Assembly (NCBI GenBank): GCA_029548865.1
Contig: JAKPMO010000024.1
Location: forward strand, 1-64,000
Reading direction: 5' to 3'
Length of the DNA: 64,000 nt
Origin: Caldisericota bacterium
Lineage (GTDB): Bacteria > Caldisericota > Caldisericia > JAAYUI01
Shown: positions 29,939 to 39,968 of the stretch, in pieces
Layout: each line of letters begins with the position of its first letter
How positions within the stretch are numbered: the first letter of the stretch is position 1
Made by a program: the position numbers and the translations under genes
Notes under the pieces: generated by a model
The model's database searches: none
Seen by the model: only the letters and a program-made list of their open reading frames with translations
What the model was told of the DNA's origin: nothing

Positions 29939-32900
29939 ATGAGAGAGTACATACCACTCCTGTCTTCGAAGAAGTTTCAAATTGCTACCCAGGCCCTCAA
30001 AGAGGGCAAGGTGAAATCTATTTTAACAGAAGGGCTCTCTGGGTCAGACCTTTCCATAAATCTCGCCAACATATCATCCATAGAGGACAAGTATGCCATA
30101 GTCTGTCCTGATGAACAGACTGCATTGAGGCTTTTCCAGGAGCTTGACTCAGTCCTTGAGGATGCTCCCATAAACAGATTGTTTTTCCCTGCAAGCGATG
30201 CACCACCACTCGACAAGACATCACCATCAACGTCAAGCATAAGCTGGCAAATTTCAACGCTGTACCAGATACTTGTAAATCCTGGTGCAACAGTCCTTGT
30301 TACAAGCCTGCAGGCCCTTTATGACTGCATTGTTCCACCAGACATACTACAAAATCAGGCGATGATTATTTCAAGGGGTGATTTGCTGTCTGTTCCAAAA
30401 CTAAAACAAAAACTTGTGGAACTCGGATACAAGATAGAAGCACAGGTCGAAAAAGTCGGAGACGCAGCACTTAGGGGTGGGATAATAGATTTTTTCAGCC
30501 CATCTTCTGATCTTCCATACAGGATCGAGTTCGATGTTGATGTAATAGACACAATCAGACAAGTGGACCCGGAAACGCAGCTGTCTGTCAAGCAGGTCGA
30601 ATCATGTCTGCTCCTGCCTGTGTCCCATATATTCCTGGACGAACAGATATCGCAGGAGGCAGTCTCAAGGATCGACATGTTTATGCTGACCGTCAGTCTT
30701 CAAAGCAGCGAGATGCGCGAAACCTTGAAAAAAGACAAGGACCACATAAGCAACCTTGTGCGCTTTACAGGTATGGAACACTATACGCCATTTTTCTATG
30801 GAAAGGCAACAAGGCTCCTTGATTACATAAAAGATTACATGGCTGTTTGGGTTGATCCAGATAGGATATCGGACGCATACGAGCGATTCAGGCGTGATAC
30901 GATGGACATCTATGTAAATGGTATCAAGAAAGGTGAACTCCTACCGCAAAAAGAACTTGATGACATCGAAAGGCTGGAGTTTCCGCACATAACCAGACAC
31001 AACCCATCAATGCTGATTTATAGCATGAAGGCCCCTGATTCACCCTTAAAAAACAAAGTGGTCACAATCCAGCATTCGCAACCAGACCCAATGGTCGGGA
31101 AGCTCCAGGATGTTGCATCATTTATATCTGGCAAAGTTCAAGGTGGTTACAAGATTGTCATCGCAACAAAACAGCCTGGCAGAGTCAGAGAACTTATAGA
31201 ACTCCAGGACGGACTTGTTCCCTCCAAACCGGAGAAATTGGACGAAGAATCAGCGCCTTTCTTTGATATAGTCAACATGTCACTGGAGAGGGGTTTTGAG
31301 GACAGAAGAAGGAAAGTCCTGCTCCTGACTGACAATGAGCTCTTTGGGTGGAGAAGAAGGATTGGCGCCACAAAAAGATACAGGGGTGGCTCACCAATCA
31401 AATCTGTTGATGAACTCCATCCAGGCGATCTTCTGGTCCATCTGACCTTTGGAATTGGCATTTACAGGGGGCTTAAAACCGTAACTGCGGCAGGAATCAC
31501 AAAAGAATATCTCCAGGTAGAATATGCAAAGGGAGACAAGCTCTACATACCACCTGAAAGACTTCCACTGATCCATAAATACCTTGGAAACCCCGAAACA
31601 GTAACAATCAACAAACTCGGCGGAAGGGAATGGCCAGAAGCACTCGCAAGGGTCGCAAGAGGGACAAAGGACATTGCCGCAGAGTTGATAAGGCTCTATG
31701 CCAGAAGAGAGATGTCCAAAGGTTATTCATTCGAGGAAGACACCATCTGGCAGCAGGAAATGGAGTCGGCCTTTCCGTATGAAGAAACAACTGACCAGCT
31801 CAAGGCCATCATGGAGGTCAAACGAGACCTCGAACGATCAAAACCAATGGACAGGCTTGTTTGTGGCGATGTTGGCTATGGAAAGACCGAGGTCGCAATA
31901 AGGGCCGCATTCAAGGTAATCGTGGCTGGGAAACAGGTAGCAATACTTGTCCCTACAACAATACTCGCACTCCAACATTACAATACTTTCAAGGAACGCT
32001 TTGCCCCGTTCCCGATAAAAGTGGAGCAACTTTCACGATTTAAGGGGAAAACCAGCCAGAAAAAAGTTGTGGAAGGCATCACCGATGGATCAATCGAAAT
32101 GGTCATTGGCACCCATCGCCTCCTGCAAAGTGACATCAAATTCAAGGATTTGGGGTTGCTAATAATTGACGAAGAGCAAAGGTTTGGCGTCGAGGACAAA
32201 GAGAAGATCAAAAGACTCAAAGAAAATATTGATGTCTTAACCCTCACCGCAACCCCAATCCCAAGGACGCTCGAAATGGCGCTGACTGGAGTGAGGGAGA
32301 TTTCGCAGATCAATTCTTCTCCAGAAGGCAGAAAACCAGTCAAGACATACGTTCAGGCATACTCGGAAACTGCCGCAAAAGAAGCCATTGAAATCGAGCT
32401 TGCAAGGGGCGGCCAGGTCTATTACGTCAACAACAGAATACAGGGCCTCGGTTCCATCATGTGGAAGCTCAAGAAGATTGTACCCAATGCAAGGATTGCC
32501 ATAGCACACGGGCAGATGGATAGCGACGAGCTTGAGGACATAATGCTCAGCTTCTACAAGGGCGAGATCGATGTGCTCCTGTGCACAACAATCATAGAAT
32601 CGGGCCTGGATATCCCAACTGCAAACACAATAATCGTAGAAAACGCACAAAACCTTGGCCTGGCGCAGATGTACCAGCTTAGGGGAAGGGTCGGAAGGTC
32701 AGAAAAAAGGGCCTACGCATACTTCTTCTACAACTCCGAAGAAGCCCTGACAGAAACAGCCAGAATGAGGCTTGAGGCAATAAGGGATTTTGTTGATCTC
32801 GGAGCGGGCCTCAAGATAGCAATGAGGGACCTCGAAATAAGGGGCGCAGGCAACATGCTTGGAGCAGAACAGTCCGGGCACATAGCCGCAGTTGGCTATG

Positions 32901-33415
32901 ACCTGTACCTTAGGTTGCTTGAGGACGCAAAAAAACAGCTCCAGAAATCACATGATGGAAAACCTATGAGACCGGAGGCACCACCGCAGGAATGCAATGT
33001 TGACCTCAGGGTTTCAGGTTTCATACCAGAACACTACGTTCCTGACGAAGCGCTAAGGATTGATTGCTACCAGAGGCTCGTGAGCGCTGAAACAATCGAT
33101 CAGGTGAAATCAATCGAACACGAGCTCCAGGACAGGTTCGGAAGACCACCGCCAGAGGTGGAATCACTTTATGAGCTTGTAAAAATAAGGGTTCTTGCCC
33201 AATCAATGGGAATAAACTCCATCGTTGAAGACAATCTGACACTAAACTTCCACTTTGGTCCAAATGTAAAACTCAGGGAAGACTTCCTGGACAGGCTAGT
33301 GGCAAGGTTTGGCGAGAGGACCACTGTCAGGCCAAACATGATTAGAATCAGAAAACAAAGAGACAACCCCGTAAAGCTGGCAAGAGAATTCATCGAGCTT
33401 GCCTGCGAGGATTAA
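29939..33415 (+). CDS. mfd: Transcription-repair coupling factor
   Basis: RGGIIDFF, MDRLVCGDVGYGKTEV, DEEQRFG, TATPIPRT, QLRGRVGR, DLEIRGAGN. Confidence 0.98.
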   Translation: MREYIPLLSSKKFQIATQALKEGKVKSILTEGLSGSDLSINLANISSIEDKYAIVCPDEQTALRLFQELDSVLEDAPINRLFFPASDAPPLDKTSPSTSSISWQISTLYQILVNPGATVLVTSLQALYDCIVPPDILQNQAMIISRGDLLSVPKLKQKLVELGYKIEAQVEKVGDAALRGGIIDFFSPSSDLPYRIEFDVDVIDTIRQVDPETQLSVKQVESCLLLPVSHIFLDEQISQEAVSRIDMFMLTVSLQSSEMRETLKKDKDHISNLVRFTGMEHYTPFFYGKATRLLDYIKDYMAVWVDPDRISDAYERFRRDTMDIYVNGIKKGELLPQKELDDIERLEFPHITRHNPSMLIYSMKAPDSPLKNKVVTIQHSQPDPMVGKLQDVASFISGKVQGGYKIVIATKQPGRVRELIELQDGLVPSKPEKLDEESAPFFDIVNMSLERGFEDRRRKVLLLTDNELFGWRRRIGATKRYRGGSPIKSVDELHPGDLLVHLTFGIGIYRGLKTVTAAGITKEYLQVEYAKGDKLYIPPERLPLIHKYLGNPETVTINKLGGREWPEALARVARGTKDIAAELIRLYARREMSKGYSFEEDTIWQQEMESAFPYEETTDQLKAIMEVKRDLERSKPMDRLVCGDVGYGKTEVAIRAAFKVIVAGKQVAILVPTTILALQHYNTFKERFAPFPIKVEQLSRFKGKTSQKKVVEGITDGSIEMVIGTHRLLQSDIKFKDLGLLIIDEEQRFGVEDKEKIKRLKENIDVLTLTATPIPRTLEMALTGVREISQINSSPEGRKPVKTYVQAYSETAAKEAIEIELARGGQVYYVNNRIQGLGSIMWKLKKIVPNARIAIAHGQMDSDELEDIMLSFYKGEIDVLLCTTIIESGLDIPTANTIIVENAQNLGLAQMYQLRGRVGRSEKRAYAYFFYNSEEALTETARMRLEAIRDFVDLGAGLKIAMRDLEIRGAGNMLGAEQSGHIAAVGYDLYLRLLEDAKKQLQKSHDGKPMRPEAPPQECNVDLRVSGFIPEHYVPDEALRIDCYQRLVSAETIDQVKSIEHELQDRFGRPPPEVESLYELVKIRVLAQSMGINSIVEDNLTLNFHFGPNVKLREDFLDRLVARFGERTTVRPNMIRIRKQRDNPVKLAREFIELACED

Positions 33416-33417
33416 AA

Positions 33418-34635
33418 ATGAACTTTTCCTGGATAATAGAGAAGGAGCTGATGATTTCATCAGCTCCAGAGAACATACAAATGCTTTCAAGGCTCAGAGA
33501 CACTGGCATAAAAGCTGTGGTTTCACTTTCCCAGTTACCATTCACCGATAAAGATTTTGAAGATCTGGGGCTTTTCAATCTCAAGCTCCAGATTCCGGAA
33601 GACAAACCACCAACACTTGAGCAGTTGAGGGAATTCATATTCTGGGCCGGATTTATGAAAAAACATGGATTGCCCCTGCTGATTCATTGCCAGGAAGGTT
33701 ATGAACGTTCTGCAACGCTGGCTGCATGCTATCTTGTAATATTTGAAAATATGACAGCAAACCAGGCAATCGAGGAAGTGCGTGCAATAAGAGGTGACAA
33801 CTCGGTTGCATTTCTCCACAATCAGGGATTTGTCAACGAGTGTGAGTATGTGAAGCCACTTTTGACAAACACTTCCGACATCTCTTTCTATGAAGCAAAG
33901 CTCCTCATTGATCTGCTCAGAAGGCACTGCCCCTGGGACAGGGAGCAGACCCCTAACAGCATGATGCAAAACCTTCTTGAAGAAACTTATGAGGTCTGGG
34001 AAGCAGTCAAACAGAAAGACATGGCCCACATAAAGGAAGAACTCGGAGACATCCTACTCCAGGTGCTGATGGTCTCGAGAATGCTCTCGGAAGAGCAATC
34101 ATTTAGCGTTGAAGATGTAATTGCCACAATGCAGGAAAAACTTGTTTACAGACATCCACATGTTTTTGGGGAGAGCAAGACAAAAACGGTTGACTCTGTT
34201 CTTGACCAGTGGAACAGCCTCAAAAAGCAGAATAAAAACAATGGGTCAATAAGGGATATCCCATCAAATCTCCCGCCACTCGGCAGGGCCGAAAGAATAA
34301 TGGCTCATGCAAAGGGCCTCGGGTTCGACTGGGACAAAACCGAAGGGGTCCTGGAAAAACTGGATGAAGAAATCCAAGAGCTCAAAGAAGCCATCCAGAC
34401 CAAAGACAAGGGCGAGGTTGAAAACGAACTTGGAGACGTTTTTTTTGTTTTATTAAATCTGGCCAGATTTCTTGATGTAGGCCCGGAAGTGGCACTTTCA
34501 AGAACATTGGACAAATTCATAAAAAGATTTGAAAAGATAGAGAACCATTCAAACGAGACCGGAAAACCAATTGGCCAGATGACTTTGGGAGAGATGGATG
34601 AAATCTGGAATAAGGCCAAAAAGGACCATCAATAA
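33418..34635 (+). CDS. mazG: Dual-specificity/PTP-like phosphatase domain fused to MazG NTP pyrophosphohydrolase
   Basis: N-terminal NFSW...GIKAVVSL...HCQEGYERS (CX5R); C-terminal CPWDREQT, EETYE, EELGD, RHPHVF, GFDW, ELGD, KFIKRF. Confidence 0.92.
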   Translation: MNFSWIIEKELMISSAPENIQMLSRLRDTGIKAVVSLSQLPFTDKDFEDLGLFNLKLQIPEDKPPTLEQLREFIFWAGFMKKHGLPLLIHCQEGYERSATLAACYLVIFENMTANQAIEEVRAIRGDNSVAFLHNQGFVNECEYVKPLLTNTSDISFYEAKLLIDLLRRHCPWDREQTPNSMMQNLLEETYEVWEAVKQKDMAHIKEELGDILLQVLMVSRMLSEEQSFSVEDVIATMQEKLVYRHPHVFGESKTKTVDSVLDQWNSLKKQNKNNGSIRDIPSNLPPLGRAERIMAHAKGLGFDWDKTEGVLEKLDEEIQELKEAIQTKDKGEVENELGDVFFVLLNLARFLDVGPEVALSRTLDKFIKRFEKIENHSNETGKPIGQMTLGEMDEIWNKAKKDHQ

Positions 34636-34660
34636 CAATTTCTCTCTGAGCCTCCCGTTC

Positions 34661-34689
34661 TTGAAAAACTACCTTAAAAAACCTAAAAT
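34661..34689 (+). promoter_or_regulatory. Promoter for a probably leaderless transcript
   Basis: TTGAAA-17nt-TAAAAT ending 6 nt before GTG 34696. Confidence 0.65.
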
Positions 34690-34695
34690 ATTAGT

Positions 34696-34890
34696 GTGAG
34701 CTGTAAAAAAACAAATAGCACCAAGTGCAATTGTACCCATGAACCGTGCGAGCGCAAATACAGATGCTGTGAATGTCTATCGTTCCACAAATCACAAAAT
34801 GAGCTCCCGGCCTGTTATTTTACTGTGGAGGAAGAAAAAACTTACGACCGTTCTATAAGTTTTTTCTGCAAAAACCATGTCAAAATTTAA
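34696..34890 (+). CDS. Small Cys-rich protein (DUF6485-like)
   Basis: [15 protein letters not shown]...H....ELPACYF...EKTYDRS pattern. Confidence 0.8.
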   Translation: MSCKKTNSTKCNCTHEPCERKYRCCECLSFHKSQNELPACYFTVEEEKTYDRSISFFCKNHVKI

Positions 34891-35593
34891 TCCCTCCCCC
34901 TCAATGAACGAGGGCACATTCGCATCAGAGATCATAAACAGGTCCCTCCTCTATGGAATTCTCGGCTATCTTCCAGAGGAAATCTGCAATGTTCTTGTCC
35001 TCGATGGACCAAAACAGACCCAGATGGCGCTCATCCTTGAAAATGCCGGCTACAAGGTGGCAAGAATATGCCCGCAAAAAGATGACGACCCAACATGTAT
35101 AGCCTCGACAACCGAAGGAATAGATGGAGAGAGCTTCGGGGTCGTAATTTGTCCTGGCTGGCTCTCTGACAATGAAGATCCGGAAAAAATTTCAAGAGAA
35201 GCAATGAGGCTCCTTGTGCAGGGTGGCTTCTTTTTTGGTAGTGTACCTGGAAGATTTGCGGCAGCAGTCGACTGCGTCCCCCAATCAACAAGCAATGCGT
35301 CAAGCATTGCAAACGGAATAGACGAAACCCAGTGGTGGGGTACCAAAGAACTTTTCACCCCAAACGACATCGCCTGTGAACTTGAGGCCATAGGATTTGA
35401 GGTCGTTGACCTGTATGGTTGGGAACACGCTCTGACAAAGCTGCCTGGCGAAAAACTATCTGCAACAGACTGGGACGAGGGCTTCTTTGAAGACTTTCTG
35501 GAGCTGGAATTCAGGCTTGCTCAGGAGAGATCAATCCTTGGCATGGCCCCAACAATCCAGTTTGTGGCAAAAAAACCAAACCCAGAGCCATAA
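34877..35593 (+). CDS. Class I SAM-methyltransferase-fold protein (degenerate motif I)
   Basis: [18 protein letters not shown]-terminal LELEFRLA...IQFVAKK resemble SmtA-like MTases; Gly-rich loop absent. Confidence 0.6.
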   Translation: MSKFNPSPSMNEGTFASEIINRSLLYGILGYLPEEICNVLVLDGPKQTQMALILENAGYKVARICPQKDDDPTCIASTTEGIDGESFGVVICPGWLSDNEDPEKISREAMRLLVQGGFFFGSVPGRFAAAVDCVPQSTSNASSIANGIDETQWWGTKELFTPNDIACELEAIGFEVVDLYGWEHALTKLPGEKLSATDWDEGFFEDFLELEFRLAQERSILGMAPTIQFVAKKPNPEP

Positions 35594-35610
35594 TTATTCA
35601 AGCTAAAACA

Positions 35611-35637
35611 AAAAAGGCCCTCCAATGGAGGGCCTTT
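35611..35637. terminator. Intrinsic terminator between convergent genes
   Basis: AAAGGCCCTCCA-A-TGGAGGGCCTTT; long T-tail on the minus strand after ymdB. Confidence 0.85.
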
Positions 35638-35657
35638 GCTATTTATTCAAAAAACGT

Positions 35658-36437
35658 TTATGGAACATTTATCATCATTCTTTCAATCTTTTTGCATTGC
35701 CCTGTTTCTCTGTCAATGTCGAGCAAAACGGCACAAAACCTTACATCACCCTCTGCAACCTCAAACCTTGCCCGTCTTGCACTAATCATTTTGGAGATCG
35801 GCGCGCTGGGTTCCATGCCGATAACTGATTCATGGGGGCCAGTCATTCCAACATCGGTGATGAAACCAGTCCCACCCTTGAGTATTCTCTCATCGGCCGT
35901 CTGGACATGTGTGTGGGTACCCAAAACCGCAGAGACTCTTCCATCAAGGTAGATGCCAAGGGCCTGTTTTTCGCTTGTTGCTTCGGCATGGAAGTCGATG
36001 AGGATAGCTTTTGTTGTGCTTCTCAGCTCTTCAACGATCTTGTCAGCGACCCTGAACGGGCAATCGATGGGTGTCATGAAGACCCTGCCCTGAAGGCTCA
36101 CCACTGCAAGCGTTCCAGCAAGCCCTTCCAGCACAAAATGCCCACTGCCCGGGTTTCCTGGAGGAAAATTGGCAGGCCTTGCCAGAAGACGCTCGTTTTC
36201 AAGCAATTCGTCAGCTTCTTTCTGGTCATAAAGATGGTTGCCAAGCGTTATTCCATGGATGCCAGCAGCTCTGAGTTTGTTTGAAATGTCAGGGGTAAGG
36301 CCAAACCCACCAGCTGCATTTTCACCATTTGCCACAACAAAGTCGACACCATATTGTTTTACAAGGCCTGGAACAACAGCTTCAATGGCCTTTCTTCCAG
36401 GCTTGCCAACTATGTCTCCAATGAAGAGGACTATCAT
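35658..36437 (-). CDS. ymdB: YmdB family 2',3'-cyclic nucleotide phosphodiesterase
   Basis: GDIVGKPG, NGENAAGG, GNH, DFHAEATSEK, GTHTHVQTAD; follows rny. Confidence 0.96.
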   Translation of the reverse strand: MIVLFIGDIVGKPGRKAIEAVVPGLVKQYGVDFVVANGENAAGGFGLTPDISNKLRAAGIHGITLGNHLYDQKEADELLENERLLARPANFPPGNPGSGHFVLEGLAGTLAVVSLQGRVFMTPIDCPFRVADKIVEELRSTTKAILIDFHAEATSEKQALGIYLDGRVSAVLGTHTHVQTADERILKGGTGFITDVGMTGPHESVIGMEPSAPISKMISARRARFEVAEGDVRFCAVLLDIDRETGQCKKIERMMINVP

Positions 36438-37978
36438 TTTGCGTTCTCAGTGTATCTGACTTCCCTTATGACCGTAACCTTTATGGTTCCTGGATATGTA
36501 AGCTCGTTCTCAATTCTAGCCGCAATGTCACGGGCCATCTGGTATGCAAGGACATCATCAATGTCCTTTGGTTTCACTATTACCCTTATTTCCCTGCCGG
36601 CCTGTATTGCATAGGTTTTTTCAACTCCCCTGAAGCTCTTTGCAATCGTCTCAAGTGATTCAAGGCGCTGGATGTAGGCCTCAAAGCTTTCGCGCCTTGC
36701 ACCTGGTCTTGATGCAGAAATGGCATCAGCTGCCTGCACAAGAACAGCATAGACGGATGTTGGGGCAATATCGCTGTGGTGGAGCCTGGCAGCTTCAATC
36801 ACTTCTATTGGCTCGCCATTCTTCCTCAGGATTTCGGCACCAAGCTCGTCATGCGAGCCTTCCCTTTCCCTGTCAACGGCTTTGCCGATGTCGTGGAAAA
36901 TGCCTGCTCTTTTGGCCTTCCTGGCATCAAGACCCAGTTCATTTGCCATGTGAGCTGATAACATTGCGACTTCAATCGAGTGGGCAAGGACATTCTGGCC
37001 ATAAGATGTCCTAAAACGGAGCCTTCCAAGAAGCTTCACCAGCTCAGGCTTGGCCTGTTGGAGGCCGACCTCAAGCAATGCCTGGTCGCCTTCCAGTTTT
37101 AGCCTGTCCTCGAATTCCCTTGTGGCCTGTTCTACAACCTCTTCAATCCTGCCTGGATGTATCCTGCCATCTGTTATCAGTTTTTCCAATGCCAGCTTTC
37201 CAATCTCGCGCCTGACAGGATCAAAACATGATATGGTGACAACCTCTGGGGTATCATCAACGAGAAGGTCAACGCCCGTCGCAGTTTCAAAAGTCCTGAT
37301 GTTGCGCCCTTCCCTGCCAATGATTTTTCCCTTTATCTCTTCGGATGGGAGCGGAACAGCAGAAACGGTCACCTCTGCCGTATACTCAGAAGCAATTCTC
37401 TGCACTGAGCCAAGAATAACTTCTCTGGCCTTTTGCAATGCTTTGTCTTTTGCTTCTTCTTCCATATTTTTTGCCTTTTGGGCAAGCTCGTAACTCATTT
37501 TCTGCCTCAGCTCATCAAGAATGATCTGTTTTGCAGTTTCCTGGTTTAATCCAGCAATTCTCTCAAGTTCTTTCCTCTGCTTGTCAACAATCTGGTCGGC
37601 CTGCTCGTGTTTTTCGTCAAGCTCTTTTTCTCTGGTTGTTATTGTATTTTCACGCTTGCCAACAGCTTCAGATCTTTGTTCAATCTTTTCTTCTCTCTGG
37701 GCTATTCTTCTTTCAATGTCTACCAGCTCCTGGCGTTGCTGTCTGAATTCTTTTTCTCTTTCTGCAACAAGCTTCATCGCCTCGTCCTTGGCGTTAACAA
37801 GGATTTCTTTCTTCTGCGTTTCCGCTTCGTCCTTGGCTTGCGAAACAATCCTCTTGCACTCTTCTTCGGCCCTTCGTATCTTGCCATCCGCAGATTTGGC
37901 GGAAGCATTCATGGCATAGAAAAAAGCCACTGCGGCACCGAGTGCCAACCCTAGCAATCCAACAATGGTTTCAATCAT
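36434..37978 (-). CDS. rny: Ribonuclease Y
   Basis: N-terminal TM and coiled coil, KGKIIGREGRNIR KH, RTSYGQN, HDIGK, ADAISASRPGAR. Confidence 0.98.
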   Translation of the reverse strand: MIETIVGLLGLALGAAVAFFYAMNASAKSADGKIRRAEEECKRIVSQAKDEAETQKKEILVNAKDEAMKLVAEREKEFRQQRQELVDIERRIAQREEKIEQRSEAVGKRENTITTREKELDEKHEQADQIVDKQRKELERIAGLNQETAKQIILDELRQKMSYELAQKAKNMEEEAKDKALQKAREVILGSVQRIASEYTAEVTVSAVPLPSEEIKGKIIGREGRNIRTFETATGVDLLVDDTPEVVTISCFDPVRREIGKLALEKLITDGRIHPGRIEEVVEQATREFEDRLKLEGDQALLEVGLQQAKPELVKLLGRLRFRTSYGQNVLAHSIEVAMLSAHMANELGLDARKAKRAGIFHDIGKAVDREREGSHDELGAEILRKNGEPIEVIEAARLHHSDIAPTSVYAVLVQAADAISASRPGARRESFEAYIQRLESLETIAKSFRGVEKTYAIQAGREIRVIVKPKDIDDVLAYQMARDIAARIENELTYPGTIKVTVIREVRYTENAK

Positions 37979-38432
37979 CTTGTTCCTCGCACTTCATTTC
38001 CGATTTTATTAGGTCTGACGGGAAACCGAGCCTGGAAAGTTTTGAATACAGCTTTCTTTTTTCGAGACCCTTGTTTGACTTTACAAGCTTTTTCAAAGGT
38101 TCTCTCCAGTCTGTTTGCCTGATTTCTGCGTCGGCATCACTTTTTTGTATTCCCAAGGCCACAAGCCCAAGCTTGACTTTCAAAGGCCCCCAATGCCTGG
38201 CTCTTTTGACCCTGACATACTCTTTTATGAATTTTTTTTCATCAAGAAGGCCGAGTTTTCTGAGTTTCTTAACAGCTTCTTCGGCCTCTTTCTCTAAAAA
38301 TCCTTTCTTTGCAAGCTTTTCCCTTATTTCAAGCTCTGCCCTGTCTCTTGCCGCAAGCAACCTGAGTGAGTAGGTAAAAGCCTTGCTGTTATTTTTCTTC
38401 GCTATGGGGCTGTCCCTGCGGGGCCATTCCAT
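37971..38432 (-). CDS. recX: Regulatory protein RecX
   Basis: [32 protein letters not shown]; after recA; ATG 38432 with GGAG RBS. Confidence 0.88.
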   Translation of the reverse strand: MEWPRRDSPIAKKNNSKAFTYSLRLLAARDRAELEIREKLAKKGFLEKEAEEAVKKLRKLGLLDEKKFIKEYVRVKRARHWGPLKVKLGLVALGIQKSDADAEIRQTDWREPLKKLVKSNKGLEKRKLYSKLSRLGFPSDLIKSEMKCEEQDD

Positions 38433-39429
38433 AAGCGCTCCTGATCCTCTTTTCAATCTCGGCCATCATTTCTGGCTTCTGGGATATGGTCATCTTGGCG
38501 TTGTCACGTCCCTGGCCAAGTCTTTCCCCATCAAACGAGAACCAAGTTCCGGATTTTTCAATAATGTTCAGATTGACTCCCATGTCCAACAACTGGGATT
38601 CCCTTGATACACCCTGACCAAAAACAATCTCGAAGTCCCCAGACAGATATGGTGGGGCAACCTTATTTTTCACGACTTTGCATTTCACCATCGTTCCAAC
38701 AATTCTGTCGCCGTCTTTTTGGCTCTCGCCCTTCCTTACTTCCACCCTGACAGAAGAGTAGAACTTCAATGCCCTCCCACCAGTGGTTGTTTCAGGGTTC
38801 CCAAACATCACGCCTATCTTTTCCCTGAGCTGATTGATAAATATGCCACAAGTCCTGCTCTTGCCCATTACACCGGCCAGTTTCCTCATGGCTTGTGACA
38901 TGAGCCTTGCCTGAAGGCCAACAACAGAGTCACCCATTTCGCCCTCAAGCTCTGCCCTCGGCACAAGTGCCGCGACAGAGTCCACCACAAACAGGTCAAT
39001 TGCTCCTGATCTTGTAAGTATTTCTGCTATTTCAAGGGCCTGCTCACCTGAATCTGGCTGGGATATGATGATGTCCTGGAGGTTGACGCCAAGGCGCTCG
39101 GCATAAGAAGGATCAAGCGCATGCTCTGCATCAATAAATACTGCCTTCCCACCCATCTTTTGCACTGAAGCAATAGTTGTGAGTGCGATGGTTGTCTTTC
39201 CAGAGCCTTCCGCGCCATATATTTCAATTATTCTACCTCTCGGGAACCCGCCGACGCCAAGGGCGATGTCCATCGATAAAATGCCGGTTGGAATGGCCTC
39301 TACGGCCATTCTTCCATGGCCATCACCCAGCTTCATTACGGTGCCTTTTCCAAACTGCTTTTCTATGGAGGCTATTGCCGAGTCTAAAGCTTTGTCCCTT
39401 TCGGTTTTTTCAGGTATCTTTTCGCTCAT
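38389..39429 (-). CDS. recA: Recombinase A
   Basis: [40 protein letters not shown]. Confidence 0.99.
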   Translation of the reverse strand: MSEKIPEKTERDKALDSAIASIEKQFGKGTVMKLGDGHGRMAVEAIPTGILSMDIALGVGGFPRGRIIEIYGAEGSGKTTIALTTIASVQKMGGKAVFIDAEHALDPSYAERLGVNLQDIIISQPDSGEQALEIAEILTRSGAIDLFVVDSVAALVPRAELEGEMGDSVVGLQARLMSQAMRKLAGVMGKSRTCGIFINQLREKIGVMFGNPETTTGGRALKFYSSVRVEVRKGESQKDGDRIVGTMVKCKVVKNKVAPPYLSGDFEIVFGQGVSRESQLLDMGVNLNIIEKSGTWFSFDGERLGQGRDNAKMTISQKPEMMAEIEKRIRSAYGMAPQGQPHSEEK

Positions 39430-39968
39430 CCCAGCTCCTTTGACCAGAGAGGCTCGTATGTTGGCCCCGAATTTGAAAGAATTGACTTAAAAAATACCAC
39501 ATTTTTAAAAAAAAGCTCGCCTTGCGGCGGTGGTGGAAGTTCTACAACAGTTTTCACAAAATCAAACGACTCCCTGATCCTGCCCAAAGTCAGGTGTGGC
39601 ACAAACATCCTCTCTTCAAGCGGAAAACCAAATTTGTTGCAAACAGCATCTATTTTTTGCGCAACCTCAATACACATTGGGCTTTCAAGACCAACCCAGA
39701 GAACCCTGGGTTTCCTGAGGTTTGGAAAACCACCAAATCTGGAAAGCCTGTACGGGATTTTTTGAAAAACCATTCCTTCAAGTTCAACAGATATTTTCTG
39801 CGCAATACTCTCTTCAGTGTCTCCAAGAAATTTCAATGTAAGATGAAAATTTCCTTTTCTTGTCCAGCTTGCGCTTGCGCCAGAGCTCTTGAGCACAGGC
39901 ATTATTTTATCAATATACTCCAGGATTGAAGCATCAAGTCCGAGGGCAATAAATGTTCTAATGGCCAA
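39426..39968 (-). CDS. thpR: RNA 2',3'-cyclic phosphodiesterase (2H family)
   Basis: RTFIAL and two HxT motifs ([15 protein letters not shown]). Confidence 0.93.
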   Translation of the reverse strand: MAIRTFIALGLDASILEYIDKIMPVLKSSGASASWTRKGNFHLTLKFLGDTEESIAQKISVELEGMVFQKIPYRLSRFGGFPNLRKPRVLWVGLESPMCIEVAQKIDAVCNKFGFPLEERMFVPHLTLGRIRESFDFVKTVVELPPPPQGELFFKNVVFFKSILSNSGPTYEPLWSKELG

